From NCBI GenBank assembly GCA_019429045.1, contig JAHYJL010000002.1, positions 1 to 53,957 of the forward strand: a stretch of 53,957 bases of DNA, read 5' to 3'. This DNA is from Bacteroidales bacterium. Lineage in GTDB: Bacteria > Bacteroidota > Bacteroidia > Bacteroidales > JAGOPY01. The notes beneath the pieces were generated by a model. The model did not search any database. It was given only the letters and a program-made list of their open reading frames with translations, and was not told where the DNA came from. The position numbers were made by a program, and so were the translations under genes. Position 1 is the first letter of the stretch, and each line of letters starts with the position of its first letter. Shown here piece after piece: positions 37,700 to 45,590 of the stretch.

Positions 37700-37755
37700 G
37701 TTTCTTGTTTCTTGTTTCTTGTTTCTTGTTTCTTGTTTCTTGTTTCTTGTTTCAA
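37700..37755 (+). repeat. tandem heptamer array (GTTTCTT)x7 plus degenerate GTTTCAA
   Basis: Counted directly. It begins 3 nt after the E2 stop (37697). It is the exact reverse complement of the 40304 array unit. Confidence 0.98.
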
Positions 37756-37770
37756 ATTCCGGATTAATCC

Positions 37771-37798
37771 AACATTCAAAATTCAACATTCAACATCA
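37771..37798 (+). repeat. degenerate heptamer array AACATTC AAAATTC AACATTC AACATCA
   Basis: Four period-7 units. The last base is the A of the exonuclease ATG (37798). The array contains no G. Confidence 0.8.
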
Positions 37799-38601
37799 TG
37801 CAACTATCCCTCACCCGCCCGCTCGCCATTTTTGACCTGGAGACTACCGGGACCAACGTCGCCACAGACCGCATCGTGGAAATATCAGTGATCAAATTAA
37901 TGCCCGACGGGTCGAAAGAGGCGCTGAACCAGCGGATCAACCCCGGCATGCCGATTCCGAATGAAGCCACCCTGATCCATGGAATTACAGACCTTGACGT
38001 GAAAGAGAGCCCTTCCTTCAATGATTTTGCCCCAAAACTGAATGATTTTCTCGAAAATGCCGATCTGTCGGGATACAACGCGATCAAATTCGATATACCA
38101 TTGCTTGTTGAAGAGTTTTTAAGAGCAGGGATAGATTTTTCCCTGATGGACCGGCACGTGGTCGATGTGCAGAACATCTTCCATAAAATGGAACCCCGGA
38201 CCCTGAAAGCCGCTTATAAATTCTATTGCGGTAGGATTTTAGAAATGGCCCACTCGGCTGAAGCGGACGCTATGGCAACCTATGAAGTTCTCCTTGCCCA
38301 GCTTGACTTTTACCATGACCAGGAATATACCGATCCCGACGGCATGGTCAGTAAACCGGTGAAGAATGATGTGAAGGCGCTGAGTGATTTTTCCTATTAC
38401 ACCCGCAATGTCGATCTTGTCGGGCATATCGTTTTCAATGAGAAACAGCAGGAAGTGCTGAACTTCGGGAAATACAAAGGCCAGTCGGTAGAGCAGATCT
38501 TTACCAAAGAGCCTTCGTATTACGACTGGATGATGAAAAGTCAGTTTCCCCTTTCGACCAAGCGGGTTATACAGGCGATCTGGAAGAGAAGCAGGAAATG
38601 A
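37798..38601 (+). CDS. DnaQ-like 3'-5' exonuclease (DEDDh) domain protein
   Basis: 267 aa. The motifs are ExoI AIFDLETTG, ExoII YNAIKFDIPLL and ExoIII HSAEADAMAT. Confidence 0.85.
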   Translation: MQLSLTRPLAIFDLETTGTNVATDRIVEISVIKLMPDGSKEALNQRINPGMPIPNEATLIHGITDLDVKESPSFNDFAPKLNDFLENADLSGYNAIKFDIPLLVEEFLRAGIDFSLMDRHVVDVQNIFHKMEPRTLKAAYKFYCGRILEMAHSAEADAMATYEVLLAQLDFYHDQEYTDPDGMVSKPVKNDVKALSDFSYYTRNVDLVGHIVFNEKQQEVLNFGKYKGQSVEQIFTKEPSYYDWMMKSQFPLSTKRVIQAIWKRSRK

Positions 38602-38636
38602 AATTTTGAATTTTAAGTTTTGAATTTTAAATTTTG
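38602..38636 (+). repeat. degenerate heptamer array AATTTTG AATTTTA AGTTTTG AATTTTA AATTTTG
   Basis: Five period-7 units exactly fill the gap between the exonuclease stop (38601) and the first ATG of the ALDH gene (38637). Confidence 0.85.
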
Positions 38637-40259
38637 ATGGGGATGGTAAACACATCTATCTTTCCACCAATGGAACAGATACCGGAGAAGTTCCGGTTAA
38701 GGCACCGGGTGGTGCAGAAGGAGTATCTTATCAACGGCCGTTTGGTGAAATGGGACGGGCGGCTGCAGGAGGTTTATTCGCCGGTATGTATCAAGGCTGA
38801 AAATGGCAGTATCTCCCCTTACCTGATCGGGGAATATCCGATGCTGAAGGCGAAGGAATCGCTGGAGGCGCTGGATTCTGCAGTCGCTGCTTACGATCAT
38901 GGCAGGGGGACATGGCCGACGATGTCGTTAGAACAGCGGATTGCCCACCTGGAGAAGTTCACCTTACGGATGAAAGAGCACCGGGAAGAGGTAATCAACC
39001 TGCTGATGTGGGAGATTGGCAAAACTTTGACCGATTCGGCGAAAGAGTTTGACCGGACTGTCGAGTATATCCGTGATACGATAGAGGCGCTCAAAGAGCT
39101 TGACCGGGTTTCCTCCCGGTTTCAGATCCACCAGGGGATCATCGGCCAGATCCGCCGGGCGCCGCTGGGCGTGGTGCTTTGCATGGGCCCTTTCAACTAT
39201 CCCCTCAATGAAACCTTCACCACCTTGATCCCCGCCCTGATCATGGGCAATACGGTCATTTTCAAGCCTCCCAAATACGGTGTTCTGCTGCATCAACCCT
39301 TGCTTACGGCATTCCGCGACTCTTTCCCGCCGGGCGTTATCAATACGGTTTACGGCGATGGCCCTGAAGTGATCGGCCCGCTGATGGAATCGGGGAAGAT
39401 CGACGTGCTGGCATTTATCGGCACCAGCCGGGTAGCCGGCATCCTGAAAAAGCAGCACCCTAGTCCGCACCGCTTGCGCAGCGTTCTCGGGCTGGAAGCA
39501 AAAAATCCCGCCATCGTTCTGCCCGGCGCCGATCTCGACCTGGCCGTCAGCGAATGCATCCTGGGAAGCCTCTCATATAACGGGCAGCGATGCACCGCGC
39601 TGAAGATCATTTTTGTACATGAATCGATTGCGGAAGAATTCATCCGCAGAATGGCTGAAGGAATATCTTCTCTTAAAATAGGCATGCCGTGGGATGAGAA
39701 AGTACAGATCACCCCCCTGCCAGAAGAAGGCAAAACAGATTACCTGGCAAGACTGGTCAACGATGCCGTTTCCAAAGGGGCTAAGGTGGTGAATGCAGGC
39801 GGTGGAGAAAGCCATCATACCTTCTTCTCCCCCGCCCTGCTCTATCCTGTCAATGGATCTATGAAAGTCTGGACGGAAGAGCAATTTGGCCCGGTGGTGC
39901 CGGTAGCCCCGTTTAAAGATATCGCCGAACCCCTGGAATATGTAACAAACTCCAACTATGGCCAGCAGATCAGCATTTTCGGCAAAGAATCGGATACAAT
40001 TGCAAAACTCATCGATCCGCTGGTGAACCAGGTCTGCCGCCTGAACATCAACAGCCAGTGCCAGCGAGGGCCCGACACCTTCCCCTTCACCGGGCGGAAA
40101 GATTCCGCCGAAGGGACACTGTCGGTTTCCGATGCCCTGCGCGTTTTCTCCATCCGCAGCCTCGTCGCCGCCAAAAGCACCGACCAGAACAAACAGATCA
40201 TTACAACCATTGTCAAGGAAGATAAATCGAATTTCCTGTCGACGGATTTCATTTTCTGA
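38637..40259 (+). CDS. aldehyde dehydrogenase family protein, non-phosphorylating NADP-dependent GAPDH (GapN)-like
   Basis: About 540 aa with ALDH motifs (FKPPKYG, LGLEAKNP, catalytic GQRCTA, EEQFGPV). The track start 38634 is TTG, and the first ATG (38637) directly abuts the heptamer array. An alternative ATG lies at 38670. Confidence 0.82.
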   Translation: MGMVNTSIFPPMEQIPEKFRLRHRVVQKEYLINGRLVKWDGRLQEVYSPVCIKAENGSISPYLIGEYPMLKAKESLEALDSAVAAYDHGRGTWPTMSLEQRIAHLEKFTLRMKEHREEVINLLMWEIGKTLTDSAKEFDRTVEYIRDTIEALKELDRVSSRFQIHQGIIGQIRRAPLGVVLCMGPFNYPLNETFTTLIPALIMGNTVIFKPPKYGVLLHQPLLTAFRDSFPPGVINTVYGDGPEVIGPLMESGKIDVLAFIGTSRVAGILKKQHPSPHRLRSVLGLEAKNPAIVLPGADLDLAVSECILGSLSYNGQRCTALKIIFVHESIAEEFIRRMAEGISSLKIGMPWDEKVQITPLPEEGKTDYLARLVNDAVSKGAKVVNAGGGESHHTFFSPALLYPVNGSMKVWTEEQFGPVVPVAPFKDIAEPLEYVTNSNYGQQISIFGKESDTIAKLIDPLVNQVCRLNINSQCQRGPDTFPFTGRKDSAEGTLSVSDALRVFSIRSLVAAKSTDQNKQIITTIVKEDKSNFLSTDFIF

Positions 40260-40303
40260 TGCATTGGTTGTAATTCGTTATAATTTTATGGATTTCAATT
40301 CTT

Positions 40304-40415
40304 GAAACAAGAAACAAGAAACAAGAAACAAGAAACAAGAAACAAGAAACAAGAAACAAGAAACAAGAAACAAGAAACAAGAAACAAGAAACAAGAAACA
40401 AGAAACAAGAAACAA
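40304..40415 (+). repeat. tandem heptamer array (GAAACAA)x16 perfect
   Basis: Counted directly: copies at 40304+7k up to 40409. The final A of copy 16 is the A of the FAH-family ATG (40415). Confidence 0.98.
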
Positions 40416-41029
40416 TGAAAATCATCTGCATCGGACGAAATTACGTTGAGCATGCCAAAGAGCTGAAAAATCCGCTTCCGAAAAATCCGGTCTTCTTCCT
40501 GAAACCTGAAACGGCGCTGCTTACGGATAATCAACCTTTTCCTTATCCCAGCTTTTCAAGAGATGTTCACTACGAAACCGAACTGGTGCTGAAAATCAGC
40601 CAAACGGGAAAGTCGATTCCCGAATCGGTTGCCTGTGATTACTTCGACCGGATCGGGCTGGGAATTGATTTCACGGCCCGCGATCTGCAGCAAAAGTGCA
40701 AGGAAAAAGGCCTTCCGTGGGAAATTGCCAAAGGGTTTGATCATTCAGCGCCCGTTAGCAAAGTATTTCTGGCTAAATCATCTTTCCCTGATCTGAATAA
40801 TATTCGCTTCCACCTGCTGTTGAATGGTAAAAAGGTACAGGAAGGTAACGCGCGGGATATGATCTTCTCTTTTGAAACGATCATCGCTTACATTTCAAAG
40901 TTTATAACCCTGACACCCGGCGACCTGATCTTCACCGGAACACCCGCCGGCGTTGGCCCGGTAAAAGCAGGCGACAGACTGGAAGGATACATCGAAGACA
41001 AACCAATGATCAGTTGCCAGGTAACATGA
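40415..41029 (+). CDS. fumarylacetoacetate hydrolase (FAH) family protein, short single-domain type
   Basis: 204 aa. MKIICIGRNYVEHAKEL...ETELV...GDLIFTGTPAGVGP is the typical FAHD/HpcE-like fold. Confidence 0.88.
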   Translation: MKIICIGRNYVEHAKELKNPLPKNPVFFLKPETALLTDNQPFPYPSFSRDVHYETELVLKISQTGKSIPESVACDYFDRIGLGIDFTARDLQQKCKEKGLPWEIAKGFDHSAPVSKVFLAKSSFPDLNNIRFHLLLNGKKVQEGNARDMIFSFETIIAYISKFITLTPGDLIFTGTPAGVGPVKAGDRLEGYIEDKPMISCQVT

Positions 41030-42843
41030 AGCCAGGTCGCCAGAAAAAAGGTTTCCTATGGGTTTTTTTGAGCCTTTCATCCCTGGTTTGGATTTACATT
41101 ATTTTACGGGCATGGAAAGTGCAATTCAATATTGATGAAGCGGCCACTTTTTTCATGTATGTCCAAAATGGCAGGTTTTTACCACCCGAAGCAACCATTG
41201 ACGCCAATAACCACCTCTTCAATTCTTTCCTCACCCGGATCAGTTATCATATCTTTGGTTCCATTCCCTTTGCTTTGCGATTGCCGAACGTATTGGCGGC
41301 ATTGATATATTTCTTCTTTATTTACCGGCTATCACTCCTTCTTAAGACCGGAACATCCCGTTATTTGTTCATTATTCTGTCTTTTGGAACACATTTCATC
41401 ATCGAATTTTTTGGATACAGCCGCGGGTATGGATTATCCCTTGCATTTCTCACAGGGGCTGTGTATTATTTACTGAAAGCCAGCCACACCCCGAAACTTA
41501 ATCATATTGTTAAAGCCTTGATCTTAAACATCCTGGCCGTTGCGTCAAACCTTAACCTGGTCTTTACAGGACTTTCTATTCCCATGCTCCTCCTTTTTTT
41601 CCTTCTTTACCACAAATACTCTTTTCAGCGAAAAAGTATCATCCCTGGCATACTGTTCATTGTCTTATTGAGTGTCCCAGCATTTTTTTTCCTGATCCGG
41701 CAATCCCTGGTGATCAAATCGGCATCGGGTTATTATTATGGATCTGATGAAGGATATTTCCCCGTAACGGTGGAATCGCTCAGCCTGATGATAACCGGCC
41801 TGCGAAACAGTGCATTTGCTTACTATTCCATTCTGCTGATATCTATCCTGGTGATTTTCATTTTCATACAATGGATCAGAAGCAAGGAACAAGTGTCAAA
41901 ATACTTATTGCCATTGACATTCCTGGCTCTTCTTTTAGTAAACTGGATCGGTTCGTCAGCGATCAATGTATTGATGAAAGTGAATTTCCAGGAAGACCGG
42001 GCGGCTATCCACTTGTTACCTTTGTTTTACAGTTTCATTGCTTTTCACTTTGATCACGTCCCAAAGAAATATAAGAAATATTGGGTCTTATTAATCATCC
42101 CTTTGCTGTTTATTCCAATACATTCTTTAAAAAAAATCAGTCTGCATGATTCAATTTACGGCCATTCACAGCAAGTGCCTGCGGATTTCTTCTTTTACAT
42201 CCGGGAAAAAGCAGACGAAAATAAGTATCCTCCCGTTGTTTCAGCTTATCAAATCAAAAGACAACCATGGGCGTTTATGAATATTCACAATGGCGGCATG
42301 TTAAATCCGCTGTATGTGACCGATCAACAATGGTATTACGCTGATTATATCATATTCGGCGATTTGATTGATGCCAGGCTGGAAGATCAGTACCGGGCCA
42401 TAATGGAGGATAAGCGCACAAAAAGCATATTGTATGGCAGAAAAAGCGAACCGGTTACCCGGGTCTTGTATGAGATCGAAATCCCGGAAATTTACGAGGG
42501 CCAGGTTTTATATCACAAGATCTTTGAGACAGATGCCGATACGTTAGCCGGCCGGGAACTGATACTTCTCATCAATATGAAGATAGAAAGCCCGGCCAGG
42601 CCTTTTGAGGCGGTCATTGCAGCGGAAGTGCTTGACCTGAACCGGAACATACTGACCTATGAAGCCATCAACCTGGATCAGCTACGACCTTTATGGGATG
42701 GAACTGAAGAAATAAGGCATGTGATCGTGATAGGCGAGGTTCCCCGTGAAGCGCATAAGTTGCTGATGTATGTCTGGAATAAGCGGGAAGTGCCCTTCCG
42801 GTATGAAAATGCCAATGTGAGTGTCGTATCAGTCTGGAATTGA
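41026..42843 (+). CDS. polytopic membrane protein, GT-C (ArnT/PMT-like) glycosyltransferase fold suspected
   Basis: About 605 aa with at least 10 predicted TM helices. A DE-type first-loop motif (FNIDEAATFFMY) is followed by RLPNVLAALIYFFFIY, and there is a soluble tail of about 230 aa. ATG 41026 makes an ATGA overlap with the upstream stop. The track start 41014 is TTG. Confidence 0.55.
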   Translation: MKPGRQKKGFLWVFLSLSSLVWIYIILRAWKVQFNIDEAATFFMYVQNGRFLPPEATIDANNHLFNSFLTRISYHIFGSIPFALRLPNVLAALIYFFFIYRLSLLLKTGTSRYLFIILSFGTHFIIEFFGYSRGYGLSLAFLTGAVYYLLKASHTPKLNHIVKALILNILAVASNLNLVFTGLSIPMLLLFFLLYHKYSFQRKSIIPGILFIVLLSVPAFFFLIRQSLVIKSASGYYYGSDEGYFPVTVESLSLMITGLRNSAFAYYSILLISILVIFIFIQWIRSKEQVSKYLLPLTFLALLLVNWIGSSAINVLMKVNFQEDRAAIHLLPLFYSFIAFHFDHVPKKYKKYWVLLIIPLLFIPIHSLKKISLHDSIYGHSQQVPADFFFYIREKADENKYPPVVSAYQIKRQPWAFMNIHNGGMLNPLYVTDQQWYYADYIIFGDLIDARLEDQYRAIMEDKRTKSILYGRKSEPVTRVLYEIEIPEIYEGQVLYHKIFETDADTLAGRELILLINMKIESPARPFEAVIAAEVLDLNRNILTYEAINLDQLRPLWDGTEEIRHVIVIGEVPREAHKLLMYVWNKREVPFRYENANVSVVSVWN

Positions 42844-42857
42844 TATCCGGATATTTT

Positions 42858-43148
42858 TCACAGCAGGATCACTTCATCGATCACCTGGCCTCCGGCCTCT
42901 TCATTCAGTTTATCCGCAATCAGTGTGCGGGAGTAGGAAAGCTCATTCTTCAGCGCGGGAGAGTCGATTCTGACAAATAGCCGGCTATTTTTGATATAGA
43001 GATCCTTTGTATGCCGGGCGATCATCTGGCCTACCACCTTTTCCCAGGAATGAAGGACTTTTACCTCGTTCAGTTTCCCTTCCAGGCGATAGGTCTCGAT
43101 CATCTCCCGGATTACGTCGCCAATGGGCCGGTCACTTGTAATTTTCAT
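42858..43148 (-). CDS. DUF721 domain protein (recF-associated)
   Basis: 96 aa. It lies immediately downstream of recF and overlaps it by 17 nt, the usual position of DUF721 genes. Confidence 0.72.
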   Translation of the reverse strand: MKITSDRPIGDVIREMIETYRLEGKLNEVKVLHSWEKVVGQMIARHTKDLYIKNSRLFVRIDSPALKNELSYSRTLIADKLNEEAGGQVIDEVILL

Positions 43149-44250
43149 TTAATAATGTGTTTCCGTTGGAAATTTCAAAGATACGATGATCGGTCTTTAC
43201 GACTTCAAATAACTTCTCAATCCTGCTCCGCTGTGTGTCGGTGATGAACACCTGGCCGAAACTGTTCTCGCTCACCAGGCTGATGATCTGGTGGACCCGT
43301 TTATCATCCAGTTTGTCAAAAATATCATCGAAGAGCAGTATGGGCTTGAATCCCTTGATGTTGCGCGTATATTCGAACTGGGCCAGCTTAACGGCAATGA
43401 TAAAGGACTTCTGCTGCCCCTGCGAGCCGAATTTCTTCAGCGGATGACCGGAGATCACCAATTCCAGGTCGTCCTTGTGAATTCCCTGTGTCGTAAAACG
43501 TACCGCCCTGTCGCGATCCACCGTAACTGCCAGCAACTGATCCAGTTCCCTATCGAATAACTGGGAAACATACTGCAACCCGACCTCTTCCTTTCCTTGT
43601 GAGATAAACTCGTAATAATGCTGAAAAACCGGCGCAAATTCCACCAGGAAAGCCGTCCTTTTTTCAAAGATCCGATGGCCATATTCGGCCAGTTGCATGT
43701 CCCAGATCGACAATAATTCCTGGCTGAACCGTCGCGTATCTGCAAATTGTTTCAAAAGTGCGTTGCGCTGGGCCAGGGCTTTATTGTAGCTGATGAGATC
43801 ATCGAGATAGGCCCGGTCGAACTGCGAAATGACCCCATCCAGGTATTTCCGCCTGACCTCGCTGCCTGCATTGATCAGGTCGCGGTCGTACGGCGATACC
43901 ATCACCAGGGGAAATAAACCGATATGGTCGGCCAGTCGGTCGTATTCTTTCTGATTGATTTTAAATACCTTGCGCTGATTGACTTTCTGGATACAGGAGA
44001 CCAGGTCAGGCACATCGCCATTCTTCATAAAAGTGCCGTGTATACTGAAAAAATCCTCACCGTGCCTCACATTCTGAATATCGACCGGGTTAAAGGCACT
44101 TTTGCAGAAAGAGAGATAGTGAACAGCGTCCAGAAGGTTGGTTTTCCCCGAGCCGTTATCCCCGATAAAGCAATTTATTTTGTCTGAAAATTCCAGTGAG
44201 ACTTCCCGGTAATTCTTGAAGTTCGACAGTGTCAGCTTTTGCAAGTACAT
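43132..44250 (-). CDS. recF: DNA replication and repair protein RecF
   Basis: 372 aa. It has Walker A GDNGSGKTNLLDA, the signature GSQGQQKS and Walker B ILLFDDIFDKLD. Confidence 0.93.
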   Translation of the reverse strand: MYLQKLTLSNFKNYREVSLEFSDKINCFIGDNGSGKTNLLDAVHYLSFCKSAFNPVDIQNVRHGEDFFSIHGTFMKNGDVPDLVSCIQKVNQRKVFKINQKEYDRLADHIGLFPLVMVSPYDRDLINAGSEVRRKYLDGVISQFDRAYLDDLISYNKALAQRNALLKQFADTRRFSQELLSIWDMQLAEYGHRIFEKRTAFLVEFAPVFQHYYEFISQGKEEVGLQYVSQLFDRELDQLLAVTVDRDRAVRFTTQGIHKDDLELVISGHPLKKFGSQGQQKSFIIAVKLAQFEYTRNIKGFKPILLFDDIFDKLDDKRVHQIISLVSENSFGQVFITDTQRSRIEKLFEVVKTDHRIFEISNGNTLLNENYK

Positions 44251-44257
44251 TGTAATT

Positions 44258-44292
44258 GTTTCTGGTTTCTGGTTTCTGGTTTCTGGTTCTAA
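44258..44292 (+). repeat. tandem heptamer array (GTTTCTG)x4 plus degenerate GTTCTAA
   Basis: Counted directly. It lies 7 nt upstream of the recF ATG (44250) in the sense direction. On the sense (-) strand it reads (CAGAAAC)4. Confidence 0.95.
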
Positions 44293-44328
44293 GCTTTATT
44301 TTATTACTATTTGAAATGAAATAAATCA

Positions 44329-44356
44329 AGAAACTAGAAACAAGAAACTAGAAAGA
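44329..44356 (+). repeat. heptamer array AGAAACT AGAAACA AGAAACT AGAAAGA, inverted relative to the 44258 array
   Basis: Counted directly. Its reverse complement matches GTTTCT-N in 6 of 7 positions. It lies 22 nt downstream of the PorQ-like gene stop (44378). Confidence 0.9.
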
Positions 44357-44377
44357 AAGCAAAGGTATAAATTTTCC

Positions 44378-45451
44378 TCAGTCACCCACAGTCTGCTGCT
44401 TCCTGGCAAAACCGTCCAGGTTAACCATGACAGTAATGTGATTGGGGCTGCCGACGAGGTGATAGGAGGAGCGGGCGTAGCTGAAGTGAAATTGTGAAAC
44501 CCGTAAACCGATACCCCAGGAGAATCCGACCAGGGAGAGCTTATCGGGGACCTTCATCTCCTGGCGGCGCAGGTAGTTATAACCCAGCCTGAGACTCAGT
44601 GATTTTGCAATGATCACTTCGCCGCCCAGGACAACATGACGCATGAGATTGTCAGCAAATTCATCGATCCCGCTGATCTTATCGGGTTCGCTGATGAAAC
44701 CACCGCCATTGGTAGGATCGGGTGGAATCTCATACCGCAGGTTCCATCGCTGAAGTTGTGTGAGCAATACCGATACCCGGAAAGGAATGTGGGTAAAGCG
44801 CTTGGAAATGCCGGCCTGTATCTCAAAAGGCAATGGCTCATGGTTCCCCGACTGATAGGCAACGATCTGGTAACCAATGTTTCTAAATAGAAGAGAAGCC
44901 GTAAAGTTCTCATCCTTGCTGAAATAAGAACCGGCCACATCTACCGCCATCCCGAAAGAATTATAAGACTCCAGGTGTGAATAGATGAATTTCAGGTTGG
45001 ATCCTACCGCCAAGCGGGGTGTCAGCATCCGGCCCCAGCCGATATTCAGGGCATATTCCCCGGCGCTGAAAGTCCCATATTGAACCCCGGCCGCATCGGC
45101 TTCCTGGAACTTGCCATAATTGATATATTGCATCGTTCCGACAAAGCTTCCCGCCTTATTGAAAGTCTTGGAATATTGTGCAAATCCGTAATTAATATCG
45201 GAAAAATAATCGACAACGCTCAGGCCCATCTGGTTGTGCATGTTCTCATTGATCAATGACGGATTGGCCAGCGTGAGGGTAATATCGTCATCATTGATTG
45301 CCAGAAAATTACCACCCAGAGATGCGATCCTGGCTGAATTCGGCAGATTCAGAAACTGGTATGTTCCCCTCCCGCCCGACTGTGCAAGCGCACTGCCGGT
45401 AATCACCAGGAGTATTGCTAATAATAGTAAAGTCGATAAAGTATTTCTCAC
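44378..45451 (-). CDS. outer-membrane beta-barrel protein, PorQ/PorV-like (type IX secretion associated)
   Basis: 357 aa with a GTG start and a signal peptide. The N-terminal YQFLNLPNSARIASLGG resembles the conserved plug motif I recall for PorQ/PorV family barrels. It has alternating beta-strand patterns and an aromatic-rich C-terminus. The specific family is unverified. Confidence 0.5.
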   Translation of the reverse strand: MRNTLSTLLLLAILLVITGSALAQSGGRGTYQFLNLPNSARIASLGGNFLAINDDDITLTLANPSLINENMHNQMGLSVVDYFSDINYGFAQYSKTFNKAGSFVGTMQYINYGKFQEADAAGVQYGTFSAGEYALNIGWGRMLTPRLAVGSNLKFIYSHLESYNSFGMAVDVAGSYFSKDENFTASLLFRNIGYQIVAYQSGNHEPLPFEIQAGISKRFTHIPFRVSVLLTQLQRWNLRYEIPPDPTNGGGFISEPDKISGIDEFADNLMRHVVLGGEVIIAKSLSLRLGYNYLRRQEMKVPDKLSLVGFSWGIGLRVSQFHFSYARSSYHLVGSPNHITVMVNLDGFARKQQTVGD

Positions 45452-45554
45452 CCGTCCGGTTTTAGCGTTTATTGATTTGCTAACGAAAATAGCAGTTTAA
45501 TATTTTATTTTCTCAATAATAACTGTTCGATTGTTCAGTTGTTATAACAATTTC

Positions 45555-45589
45555 CGACTAACGACTAACGACTAACGACTATCGACTAC
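45555..45589 (+). repeat. tandem heptamer array (CGACTAA)x3 CGACTAT CGACTAC
   Basis: Counted directly. It ends 1 nt from the aconitase stop codon (45591-45593). Confidence 0.95.
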
Positions 45590-45590
45590 C

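Noticed and set aside
37582-37789. ORFs encoding KQETRN, FLVSC and FRVSC peptide repeats (37582..37779, 37601..37789, 40249..40431, 40295..40534, and the N-terminus of 1273..2340).
   Set aside because: They are simply the heptamer arrays translated, since 7 nt x 3 gives a 7-aa periodicity. There is no independent coding evidence.
42843-42854. Palindrome ATATCCGGATAT followed by TTTT between convergent genes, as a possible bidirectional terminator.
   Set aside because: It has only 6+6 nt with no loop, so the effective stem is about 4 bp. That is too weak to call.
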